A DNA stretch of 64,000 nt from Spirochaetales bacterium (GTDB lineage: Bacteria > Spirochaetota > Spirochaetia > DSM-2461), in the NCBI GenBank assembly GCA_028532905.1, contig JAQQAM010000097.1, positions 8,506-72,505 on the forward strand, given 5' to 3'. Numbering within the stretch: position 1 is the first letter of the stretch; each line of letters begins with the position of its first letter. The notes below the pieces were generated by a model, which saw nothing but the letters and a program-made list of their open reading frames with translations, was not told where the DNA came from and searched no databases. Made by a program: the position numbers and the translations under genes. Below, in pieces: positions 17,393 through 26,279 of this stretch.

Positions 17393-19057
17393 ATGAGCGG
17401 AACGACCATACAGAATCCCATTTTTCCCGGCTTTAATGCCGACCCCTCGGCCCTGTGGACCGAAAATGGCTGCTATGTGGCCACCAGTACCTTCAACTGG
17501 ACCCCGGGGGTGAGCCTGTATCACTCAAAGGACTTTGTGAACTGGGAATTAAAAAGCAATATTCTGGACCGTGTGAGTCAGGTGGATCTGAGGGGAAACG
17601 GCGAATCCGCCGGCATCTGGGCCCCCCATATCAGCTATAACCCGGGAACCGGGCTCTACTATCTGGTGTATACGGATGTGAAAAGTCTGATGCCCAGTTT
17701 CTTTGATCTGAATAACTATGTGATAACGGCCCCGGATATGGAAGGTCCCTGGTCCGATCCTGTGTATCTGAACTCCAGCGGATTTGACCCGGCCCTGTTC
17801 CACGATGAAGACGGCCGCAGCTGGCTGACCAACCTCTCCTGGGAGTTTGAAAAACGTTTTGACCATCCCGGTTTTATCATTCTGGAAGAGATGGACGGAA
17901 ACAGCTGCGAACTGAAAGGGAATCCCGTGGAAATATACCGGGGCAACCGGAAGTTCGGCTGCCTGGAAGGACCCCAGATTATCAAACGGGAAGGCTATTA
18001 CTACCTGATAGCTGCCGAAGGGGGAACAGGATATGGTCATGCGGTGATCGTGTCCCGCTCCCTGAATATGGCTGGTCCCTATGAAGAAGCACCCAACGGA
18101 CCTCTTATCACATCCAGGCAGAATCCCCATCCTGCTGCAGATGATTACGATATGGATTTCCTGAAGCCTCAGTTCTATAATCCCGGGCTCCGTCTTCAGA
18201 AAGCAGGGCACGGCAGCATCATTGAAGACGACAAGGGAAGGAGCTGGCTCTTTCACCTCTGCGCCCGCCCTCTGATGCCCCAGATGCGCTGTGTTCTGAA
18301 CAGGGAAACCGCAATGCAGCAGATTGTCTGGACAGATGGATGGCCGGTACTGGTCTCAGGCGGCTGTTATCCGGAAGATGAAGTCAGGATAGAAGAAACT
18401 GTTGAGAAAACCATGGACATCACCTGTCAGGGTGTGCAGGAGTTTAAGGAAGATGCCCTGGGTACCCACTGGTACAGCCTGAAGGCGCCCCTGCAGGAGG
18501 ACTGGTGTTCTCTGAAAAAGAGCCCGGGAGTGTTGAGCATCCGGGGACGCAATTCCATCTACTCCGCCCATGATGCCAGCGTAATCGCCAGGCGCATCCA
18601 GCACTTTAACTTTACCGTTGAAACAGAGATGGATCTGGACTGCCGGAATTTCCGCCATATGGGCGGCCTTCTTCTGCTCACAGGAAGCCGGACCTTCTAC
18701 TATCTGAGAAAATACTACAGCCGCCCTCTGGGACAGACAGCTCTGGGAATACTGGTGAGCCGGAACGGCGCCCCCGATGAGCTGGTGGAAACAGAGTGCC
18801 CTGTAGATAACGATGCGGTGCTGACCCTGATCTGTCGGGTGAACCAGCCGACCCTGCAGTTCTCCTTCCGGGAAAACGGCGGAGAAGAAAAACGGATCGG
18901 CAGCATCATGGATGCTACCCTCCTCAGCGATGAGTATACCAATAACGGCCCGGGAGCCTTCGACGGCAGTTTCTGCGGTATGACTGTACAGGATCTGGAC
19001 CGCCACGCCAACTGGGCTGAGTTTAAGTCCTTCAGCTACAGGGCTGACGAAAAATAA
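17393..19057 (+). CDS. Glycoside hydrolase family 43 (beta-xylosidase/alpha-L-arabinofuranosidase type) with a C-terminal beta-sandwich domain
   Basis: NPIFPGFNADPS at the N-terminus, WAPHISY, EGPQIIKREGYYYLIAAEGGT. Confidence 0.85.
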   Translation: MSGTTIQNPIFPGFNADPSALWTENGCYVATSTFNWTPGVSLYHSKDFVNWELKSNILDRVSQVDLRGNGESAGIWAPHISYNPGTGLYYLVYTDVKSLMPSFFDLNNYVITAPDMEGPWSDPVYLNSSGFDPALFHDEDGRSWLTNLSWEFEKRFDHPGFIILEEMDGNSCELKGNPVEIYRGNRKFGCLEGPQIIKREGYYYLIAAEGGTGYGHAVIVSRSLNMAGPYEEAPNGPLITSRQNPHPAADDYDMDFLKPQFYNPGLRLQKAGHGSIIEDDKGRSWLFHLCARPLMPQMRCVLNRETAMQQIVWTDGWPVLVSGGCYPEDEVRIEETVEKTMDITCQGVQEFKEDALGTHWYSLKAPLQEDWCSLKKSPGVLSIRGRNSIYSAHDASVIARRIQHFNFTVETEMDLDCRNFRHMGGLLLLTGSRTFYYLRKYYSRPLGQTALGILVSRNGAPDELVETECPVDNDAVLTLICRVNQPTLQFSFRENGGEEKRIGSIMDATLLSDEYTNNGPGAFDGSFCGMTVQDLDRHANWAEFKSFSYRADEK

Positions 19058-19136
19058 GCGGGCACCCCGGGGCTGGGGTATCCGATGCGTTCATCAGTCC
19101 CCCCCCCGGAGAAGCCCCAGAAAAGGATACAAAAAC

Positions 19137-20483
19137 ATGAATGATATATACACATTCCCGAAAGACTTTATATGGGGAACAGCCACAGCCTCCTATCAGA
19201 TTGAAGGAGCCTGGAATGAAGACGGCCGGGGCCCCTCGGTCTGGGATACCTTTGCCCATACGGAAGGGAAAATCGACGACAATACGACAGGGGATAAAAC
19301 CTGTGACCACTATCACAGATTCAAAGAGGATGTGGCCCTGATGAAAAAGATGGGTCTGAAGAATTACCGCCTCTCCCTCTCCTGGTCCCGGATTCTGCCG
19401 GAAGGAAAAGGGGGCGTGAATCAAAAAGGACTGGATTTCTACAATGATCTGATCGATGAACTTCTGGCTGCCGGCATCACACCCTTCATAACCCTGTTTC
19501 ACTGGGATCTGCCCCAGGCGCTGCAGGATGCAGGAGGATGGGCCAACAGAGAGACTGCCTACCTGTACCGCGATTATGCGGAAATTGTAACAAAGGCCCT
19601 GGGAGACCGGGTCAAAAACTGGATGACCCATAACGAACCCTGGGTTCACACCATGTGCGGTCACTTCTTCGGGAATCACGCTCCCGGTCTGACAGATCTT
19701 AAAAAGGCTCTGCAGACGGCCCACCATATGCTTCTGGCCCACGGGCTGGCCATTCCGGTTATCCGCAAAAACTCGAAAGGCTGCCGGGTGGGACTGGTGA
19801 ACAACCTGGAGTGGATAGAACCGGCGTCCTCATCGGAAAGGGACAAAGCAGCAGCGGCCCGGCACGACGGCGCCTTCAACCGCTGGTATCTGGATCCTCT
19901 TTTCTTCGGCTCCTATCCTCAGGACATGATGGAGTGGTACGGAGAGGATGTCCCTCAGATTGAAGCGGGGGATATGAAAATCATCTCCACTCCCATGGAC
20001 TTTCTGGGTGTAAACTTCTACACCAGACGGATTATGGCCCACGACAGTCAGGGGAACTTCCTCAACTGCCGGCAGGTCCGCTACCCCTTTATGAGAAAAT
20101 CCGACTATGAAGAGTGGGAGAATAATGCGGAAGGACTGTACCGTCTGCTGATCAGACTGAAGGAAGACTACAACTCTCCCGAATTGATGATCACAGAAAA
20201 CGGGACTCCCCTTCAGGATAAAATAGAGAACGGAGAGGTTCATGACCCCGACAGGATAGACTACCTTTACCGTCATATGGGCGCTGCCTGGCAGGCCATT
20301 GCCGACGGAGTCGACCTCAAAGGGTATTTTGTCTGGTCCTTCCTGGACAACTTCGAATGGTGCCTGGGGTTCACAAAACGTTTCGGTCTGGTATACACAG
20401 ACTATGAAAGCGGAAAGCGGATTGTAAAGGACAGCGGACGCTGGTATGAAAAGGTACTGAAGACCAACAGCATTTCATTGTAA
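19137..20483 (+). CDS. bglA: GH1 beta-glucosidase
   Basis: FIWGTATASYQIEGA, acid/base TH(NEP)W, nucleophile ITENG, WSFLDNFEW. Confidence 0.9.
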   Translation: MNDIYTFPKDFIWGTATASYQIEGAWNEDGRGPSVWDTFAHTEGKIDDNTTGDKTCDHYHRFKEDVALMKKMGLKNYRLSLSWSRILPEGKGGVNQKGLDFYNDLIDELLAAGITPFITLFHWDLPQALQDAGGWANRETAYLYRDYAEIVTKALGDRVKNWMTHNEPWVHTMCGHFFGNHAPGLTDLKKALQTAHHMLLAHGLAIPVIRKNSKGCRVGLVNNLEWIEPASSSERDKAAAARHDGAFNRWYLDPLFFGSYPQDMMEWYGEDVPQIEAGDMKIISTPMDFLGVNFYTRRIMAHDSQGNFLNCRQVRYPFMRKSDYEEWENNAEGLYRLLIRLKEDYNSPELMITENGTPLQDKIENGEVHDPDRIDYLYRHMGAAWQAIADGVDLKGYFVWSFLDNFEWCLGFTKRFGLVYTDYESGKRIVKDSGRWYEKVLKTNSISL

Positions 20484-20490
20484 AAAGGAA

Positions 20491-20518
20491 GGGGGAGCCG
20501 GTGGCTCCCCTTTTTTTA
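20491..20518. terminator. Bidirectional rho-independent terminator between the convergent GH1 and AOR genes
   Basis: GGGGAGCC (20492-20499) pairs with GGCTCCCC (20503-20510). An A-run lies on the 5' side and TTTTTTT on the 3' side. Confidence 0.75.
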
Positions 20519-20523
20519 TGATC

Positions 20524-22398
20524 TTATGACCTCATTAACTTTTTAAGATCCCCTTCAGAGGGTCCCCCGCTGGCATCATATCCCCGAACCCGGTAGTACT
20601 GCCTGACCATCTTTTCAATGGGAACAACCGTGTTCTTTCCTTTAAAGGCGGTCTCTTTCTCACCGGTGAAGCGCCCGGGAAGGGTATCGTCGGCCGGAGT
20701 CTGTCCCATCTGAATATTCATCCAGCGCTCCAGTTTGTTGATCCGTTCTCCGGCTTTGATAAAACCCCATTTCCCCATTTTAATCCCGGTGACAGACCAG
20801 AAGTATTTGTTCAGAATGCTCCAGTCCATCAGTGCCATAGCCACTTTAGGCATGGAAATGGTGGCTATTTTCAGCAGAAACGCCGGCAGATATTTGGGAA
20901 TGACAGGTTCGGTCATAATACCGAATACCGAAAAGAGACAGACCTGAAGGGAATTGACTCCCGAATACATGTCCTCCATAAAGGCGACCCAGGAGGCTTT
21001 GCCCAGTGTCACGTGGGGAGGCATATACCCCAGGTGCTGCTCCATGGCAATCAGGTAGGAACCCAGATGACAGCCCCCCTTGTTATGCACCGCATAGCCC
21101 AGACCGTGGCCCCAGCTGGAACGGGGATCATAGGCGGCCACTTCAATTCCCTTGACCTGTATGGCAAAGTCCTCCCCGCCGTATTTCCGGCTCAGATTCC
21201 GGGAGCCCCGGGCAAGATCCTCCCCTTCCCCTTTCCTGCAGGCGATATCTCTTAAGATGGATTCTATATTGTCAAAACGGCCGAACTTCAGTTCCGTATC
21301 CCGCAGTCCCTGTTCACCGGCCTCCATGGCCCAGGCGATGGTGCCGCCGGCAGAGATGGTGTCCATTCCCAGCTCATTCATCACATCATTCCACTGTCCC
21401 ACAAGATCAGGATCGTAGTTATCGATATTGCTGCCGAACATTCCCATGGTTTCATATTCGGGAATCTGCCGCATCCTGCCGTCGGGGTACGTTCCTTTAT
21501 GTCCGCAGAGAACCGTGCAGTGCCGGCAGGTGGAGTGACGGGTTCTGTATTTTTCGGCCATCACTTCTCCCGAGTTTCTGACAATATCCGGATGATACCG
21601 GTCTCTGAAATTATGAACCGGAGCAAAGCCTCTCTCCATTCCCAGCTTCACATTTATATTGGTACCGTACAGACGGTAATCATTGCTCATCTTATTGCGG
21701 AGGATATATTTTCTGGCCTTTTTGACTGTGGCTTTCAGACGTTCGGGATCTGCCGCTTCGTAGCGGTACTCCTTCCCCCTGGCTACCACTGCCTTAAGGT
21801 TCTTGGAGCCCATAACGGCTCCCACTCCCCCTCTGCCGGCGAAACGGTGTCCCGAGCAGATATTGGCATAGAGCACTTTGTTCTCACCCGCAGGTCCGAT
21901 AACCGCAGCACCTTCTTTGGGACTCAGATTCAGGGATTCCTGAACCTCATGGGTACCCTGTCCCCAGAGCTCTTCTGCCGATTCAAAGCTCACGCCGTCT
22001 CTGTCAATTCTCAGGGTAAGGGGCAAGGCCGCCTGTCCGGAGATAATGACCCCGTCCCAGCCGGCTGTTTTACAGGCCTCTCCGAAGGGGCCGCCGCAGG
22101 AGGAGCCCACCATCAGCCCCGTCAGGGGAGATCGGGTTACAACTTCAAAACGGGCGGAACAGGGAGCACCGGTACTCAGCATGACTCCCATGGAAAAAAT
22201 CAGAAGATTATCGGCTCCCAGAGGATCAACATCCCCCAGCTGCCTCCCGGCAAAACGGTCATAATAGATTTTCAGAGCCAGCCCTTTGCCGCCGATATAG
22301 GCTTTCAGATCCATTTCTGAAATCTCATAGACAGACCAGCTCTGATCGCTCAAATTGATATCCAGGTATTTATTGGATGTACCTTTAATAATCTGCAC
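20524..22398 (-). CDS. aor: Aldehyde:ferredoxin oxidoreductase (AOR family, tungstopterin enzyme)
   Basis: 624 aa. The N-terminal AFOR_N-type sequence (GGKGLALKIYY, RFEVVTRSPLTG), the cluster-binding region HSTCRHCTVLCGH and the length all fit the AOR family. Confidence 0.85.
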   Translation of the reverse strand: MQIIKGTSNKYLDINLSDQSWSVYEISEMDLKAYIGGKGLALKIYYDRFAGRQLGDVDPLGADNLLIFSMGVMLSTGAPCSARFEVVTRSPLTGLMVGSSCGGPFGEACKTAGWDGVIISGQAALPLTLRIDRDGVSFESAEELWGQGTHEVQESLNLSPKEGAAVIGPAGENKVLYANICSGHRFAGRGGVGAVMGSKNLKAVVARGKEYRYEAADPERLKATVKKARKYILRNKMSNDYRLYGTNINVKLGMERGFAPVHNFRDRYHPDIVRNSGEVMAEKYRTRHSTCRHCTVLCGHKGTYPDGRMRQIPEYETMGMFGSNIDNYDPDLVGQWNDVMNELGMDTISAGGTIAWAMEAGEQGLRDTELKFGRFDNIESILRDIACRKGEGEDLARGSRNLSRKYGGEDFAIQVKGIEVAAYDPRSSWGHGLGYAVHNKGGCHLGSYLIAMEQHLGYMPPHVTLGKASWVAFMEDMYSGVNSLQVCLFSVFGIMTEPVIPKYLPAFLLKIATISMPKVAMALMDWSILNKYFWSVTGIKMGKWGFIKAGERINKLERWMNIQMGQTPADDTLPGRFTGEKETAFKGKNTVVPIEKMVRQYYRVRGYDASGGPSEGDLKKLMRS

Positions 22399-22810
22399 CG
22401 GGAACCTCCATTACAATGGCATCGAACTGACAGTTATCAAAGCACCATCCGCAGGCAATGCATTTATCAGGGGAACTCAGAACGGCCGCATTCTTTATGA
22501 GAGAGAGGTTCTCATCCTTCATGGACAAGGCTCCCACAGGACAGACAGCCACACAGTTCTCACAGGCATAACATTTGTCTGCCTGGATGGCAGGTTTCAG
22601 CCACTCCGCCTTTTTAAGCCTTTGAACTGTGGTCCCCTGTTCCGTTCGCACAGCCTGTTTGGGACAGACCCGGCCGCAGGAACCGCAGTCTATGCAGAGA
22701 ACCGGATTGATGAGGTGAAGTTCTTTCATTTCTCCCGTAATAGCGCTTGTGGGACAAATTCGTTTACAGGCGCCGCAGCCTATGCAGCCCGGTACGATCT
22801 GGTGTGCCAT
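22385..22810 (-). CDS. 4Fe-4S ferredoxin with four CxxCxxCxxxC motifs
   Basis: CIGCGACKRICP, CIDCGSCGRVCP, CYACENCVAVCP, CIACGWCFDNCQ. It overlaps the AOR start by 14 nt. Confidence 0.85.
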   Translation of the reverse strand: MAHQIVPGCIGCGACKRICPTSAITGEMKELHLINPVLCIDCGSCGRVCPKQAVRTEQGTTVQRLKKAEWLKPAIQADKCYACENCVAVCPVGALSMKDENLSLIKNAAVLSSPDKCIACGWCFDNCQFDAIVMEVPGADY

Positions 22811-22921
22811 GATTCCTCCGATATTAACTGTTTCAATAGTAGGGCAATATCATCATACAGGCAGTTTGGAGATACCGCAATGAGTAATGGCTCACAGTGT
22901 TCAGAACAAAACCGTTCCGCC

Positions 22922-23275
22922 TCAGCCGGGGAGAAAGTTCAGTCTGATCTGCTCATCCGCCTCCTGAACCATGGAAAAATCTCCGGCGAAGTTCAGAGAA
23001 AATCCGATCCCTCCGGCCAGCTGTTCTATGAGTTGATTCTTCAGACGGCTCCTTTCGGAACCAGGGCATTCTTCATTAAAATACAGATTCAGCTCGTGTG
23101 ACTCTGAGCCGAACTGAATAAGATAGGCGGAGTGATCGGGAAAAACAAGATCACTGTACACATGGGACACTTCCTGCCCCATCCGGCTCAGTCCCTCTTT
23201 CACATATCCCAGGGGTTTTTCGGGAAATGGTTCTGATGTCTTCTGCATAAAGACCTCCTGCTGCAGGAGATGCAA
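22922..23275 (-). CDS. Hypothetical protein (117 aa, or about 108 aa from an internal Met)
   Basis: ORF only. It lies on the same strand as, and upstream of, the ferredoxin-AOR pair. I recognise no family. Confidence 0.35.
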   Translation of the reverse strand: MHLLQQEVFMQKTSEPFPEKPLGYVKEGLSRMGQEVSHVYSDLVFPDHSAYLIQFGSESHELNLYFNEECPGSERSRLKNQLIEQLAGGIGFSLNFAGDFSMVQEADEQIRLNFLPG

Positions 23276-23435
23276 TATCCATACCAGTTGGATTCAGGCG
23301 GGCCCCAGGGGGCTTTCAGAAGGACATTGTCCCGGTATTGAAAACAGGAATGTATGAACCGCGGAAAAAATATACCTCTGAGTAGAATTTTTTAAACAAA
23401 CAGACTCATCCCGGAATCAGTTTCCGAAAATCCCA

Positions 23436-24110
23436 CTAATAAAGGGGGATGACGAAGATATATACCGCTCCGTAGAAGAAGGCACTTCCCGCCAGAACGA
23501 AGACATGCCAGATGGCATGATAAAAGGGGATTTTCTTGGATGCGTAGAAAATAGTACCCACCGAATAGGAAAGGCCTCCCCCCAGCATCCAGAACAGAAC
23601 TCTGCCCGGCAGAACAGCTGCAAAGTCCTTTATAAAGAAAACGATCAGCCATCCCATGGCCAGATAAATCAGAGTGTGCAGAACCTTCACCCGTCCCCAG
23701 AACACAAGCTTGAATACCGTCCCTAAAACAACGATAGACCACACGATAATGAGCAGCCGGTTTCTCTGATCCGGAGGAAGGGTCATACAGAAAGGTGTAT
23801 AGGTACCGGCAATAAGAATATAGATATTCACATGGTCCAGTATTCTCAAAAACCGCTTCCAGTTGGAAGGTTTGATCATATGGTACACCGAAGAGGACCC
23901 ATAGCTCAGAATCATGGAAATCCCGAATACAGTCAGTGCTGTAATATCAGAACTTCCGGCACCCCGGGCTTTAAACAGCAGCAGGATCATACCCGCGGCT
24001 GACAGAACGGCCCCGACACCATGGGTGATGCTGTTTGCTTTTTCTTCTATCTCAGAATCATGGGAATGTAGAGTTATGTGGGATTCCAGCCAGGTTGAAA
24101 CACTGAACAT
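23436..24110 (-). CDS. Hemolysin III / PAQR family membrane protein
   Basis: 224 aa, 7 TM segments, motifs NSITHGVG, SS.YH, DHV.IY.LIAGTYTPF, HAIWHVFVLAGSAFF. Confidence 0.85.
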   Translation of the reverse strand: MFSVSTWLESHITLHSHDSEIEEKANSITHGVGAVLSAAGMILLLFKARGAGSSDITALTVFGISMILSYGSSSVYHMIKPSNWKRFLRILDHVNIYILIAGTYTPFCMTLPPDQRNRLLIIVWSIVVLGTVFKLVFWGRVKVLHTLIYLAMGWLIVFFIKDFAAVLPGRVLFWMLGGGLSYSVGTIFYASKKIPFYHAIWHVFVLAGSAFFYGAVYIFVIPLY

Positions 24111-24365
24111 ATATACCTCCGGAGGGATTCATACTAACCATATTGGAAACTCACGGCAATCCATAGGCCGGAAAAAAAACAGTAAATTGCTGCGGCGAAA
24201 CAGAAACACAAAAAAACATTAATAAACAGCAGCAATCATTAGTAAACATCTAAGCGTAATCGATTGTTTTTTTTCTGCGATCTGATATATAATTATAAAC
24301 CAGTGTAGATTTAAGCACTGAAAGAGTAAAATGAAACCGGCACAGCAGCCGCCAAGGGGAAGTTT

Positions 24366-26279
24366 ATGAGAAAAATGGCAATATCTGTTATTGCAGTTCT
24401 GATCTTGTTAACATCCTGTACAACTGTACAGCAGAATGAGATCTCAAGCTATTACTCAATGGTTTACGATATATGGTATGATGCATTCAGCCCTGTAGCT
24501 GAAGAGCATATCAAAACCGGCGACAGAGTTCTGATCATTAGTATGGGTCAGGGATTCAACGGCACGATGGCACGTTACGAATTCAAACAGGACGAAACCG
24601 CAGAGGCATTTGTCCTCCCGAAATACCTGGATGACCGTCCTTTTTTCACAGAATATTTTGAAAAGGGTCTTGTGAAGTCAATCATCGACAATCAGGGAAG
24701 GGGCTTTGAAAAACTGACTCTGCCTCCCCCCTCTTCAGATCCGAAACTGGCAAGCGACGTCCTTTCGGACTGGTCTCTGGCAGACTGGTATATTGATGAA
24801 GATCTGGTGTTCAACACCAATCCTCTGGATTTTGAAGACTGGGAAGAGCTGAAAAAAACCTACAATGTCAATAAAGTTCTGATGTATACGGTCAACCGGG
24901 TTGTGGAAAAAGACAACGACTACCTGGGTATTCAGGTGGGCGTGAAACTGATCGATGCGGATGAAAAAGGACTGATCCTTCACGATACAATCGAAAATGT
25001 TGTCTCTGTAGATTACCCTGATGATAAAATGAAACTGCTTCACCGTTACTACCTTGATGTTCCTTCAGAATCTCTGACCGGCTTCCAGGACAAGCTGTCT
25101 GAAGTTCTCAGCGATGAGGGAATCAGAGGCGGCATCGATGCGGTTATGATCAAGAATGATGATATCTCCACACTGGGGAACTATCCTGTCACCATAGAAG
25201 ACTTCATCCTGGAGCAGACTCTCACCAACAGCCTGACCTCAGGGGACACTCTCAATATTCTTGAAAAACTCTCCAAACGTCAGTACAAGAAAAACTGGCA
25301 GCTCAGTAATGCCATTTTCAATCTCAACCCTCTGATGGGCGGTGAGTACAGTGAGTTTGAAGGATACTACAACACTCAGTATATGCTCTCCTACAAGACT
25401 CTCTTTGCCGAACAGACAGGAGAAATCAAAGAAATCAGTGATGATAAGGTTGAACTGAATAAAAAGATTTTGGGAGTTCACCTCAAGCTGATTGATATGG
25501 CAGATCACGGTAGAATCGTTATGAGCCACTTCCTGCCTCTGGCATCCCAGAATGATCTGGATTCCAACTTTCTGTATAAGAGCTTCAACAGGGTCAATGA
25601 GCTGTCACTGATCACAGATGCTCTGGAAGAACAGAGTGTACTGGCCGACTCCGAAAAAGCTGTGGTGATCAATGAAAGAATGGAAATATTCAAACACCAC
25701 CTGCTGAGTAACTACAGCGCCTATGAGTACATGTTCAATCTGTTCAAGAATCCCAAAAACGCAGCTATTCTTACGGAATATGAAAAACTGTATAAGCTTC
25801 TGGATTCAGAAACAGCCGGACAGACCAATGGCGACATCTACTACATTATGGCGACTCATATTATGAACAGCTGGTTTGAAGAAGGACTGAACAATCTGCT
25901 GGTTAATCAGGGCTACTATGTTGTGGATAAACTGGAATCCTTCTATTCCCGTTATCTGATAACAGAAAAATACAAGAGGGGCGGTAACGCCAGTACGAAC
26001 ATCTTCCTGTCTCCCCTTCTTCTTGAAGAATGGGGCTCCGATATCAAGGATGTATATGACATAGATAAAATTCTGTATTACATCCCCATGGAAAAAGCCG
26101 TGAAAGACGGAGACTTCGTGACTCCCGGAACCGTTGCCAGCCAGACAACATCCGGCGAGATTTCACAGTACTACCCCATACTCTCCTATGAGCTGGAGAA
26201 AATGCTCTTCTCCATTCTTGATATTCAGACGGGAGATTATCTTTTCAACAGAAACTTCGATCTGGAAGGAGGAAACTAA
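24366..26279 (+). CDS. Lipoprotein of unknown function (637 aa) with three repeated LpoB/CsgG/TolB-N-like modules
   Basis: Lipobox LLTS-C18 after a hydrophobic signal. The hallmark x-hydrophobic-LID-x2-xG-x-hydrophobic strand recurs three times: GVKLIDADEKGLIL (192-205), HLKLIDMADHGRIV (372-385), FSILDIQTGDYLF (615-627). AAGGGGAAG Shine-Dalgarno. Confidence 0.6.
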   Translation: MRKMAISVIAVLILLTSCTTVQQNEISSYYSMVYDIWYDAFSPVAEEHIKTGDRVLIISMGQGFNGTMARYEFKQDETAEAFVLPKYLDDRPFFTEYFEKGLVKSIIDNQGRGFEKLTLPPPSSDPKLASDVLSDWSLADWYIDEDLVFNTNPLDFEDWEELKKTYNVNKVLMYTVNRVVEKDNDYLGIQVGVKLIDADEKGLILHDTIENVVSVDYPDDKMKLLHRYYLDVPSESLTGFQDKLSEVLSDEGIRGGIDAVMIKNDDISTLGNYPVTIEDFILEQTLTNSLTSGDTLNILEKLSKRQYKKNWQLSNAIFNLNPLMGGEYSEFEGYYNTQYMLSYKTLFAEQTGEIKEISDDKVELNKKILGVHLKLIDMADHGRIVMSHFLPLASQNDLDSNFLYKSFNRVNELSLITDALEEQSVLADSEKAVVINERMEIFKHHLLSNYSAYEYMFNLFKNPKNAAILTEYEKLYKLLDSETAGQTNGDIYYIMATHIMNSWFEEGLNNLLVNQGYYVVDKLESFYSRYLITEKYKRGGNASTNIFLSPLLLEEWGSDIKDVYDIDKILYYIPMEKAVKDGDFVTPGTVASQTTSGEISQYYPILSYELEKMLFSILDIQTGDYLFNRNFDLEGGN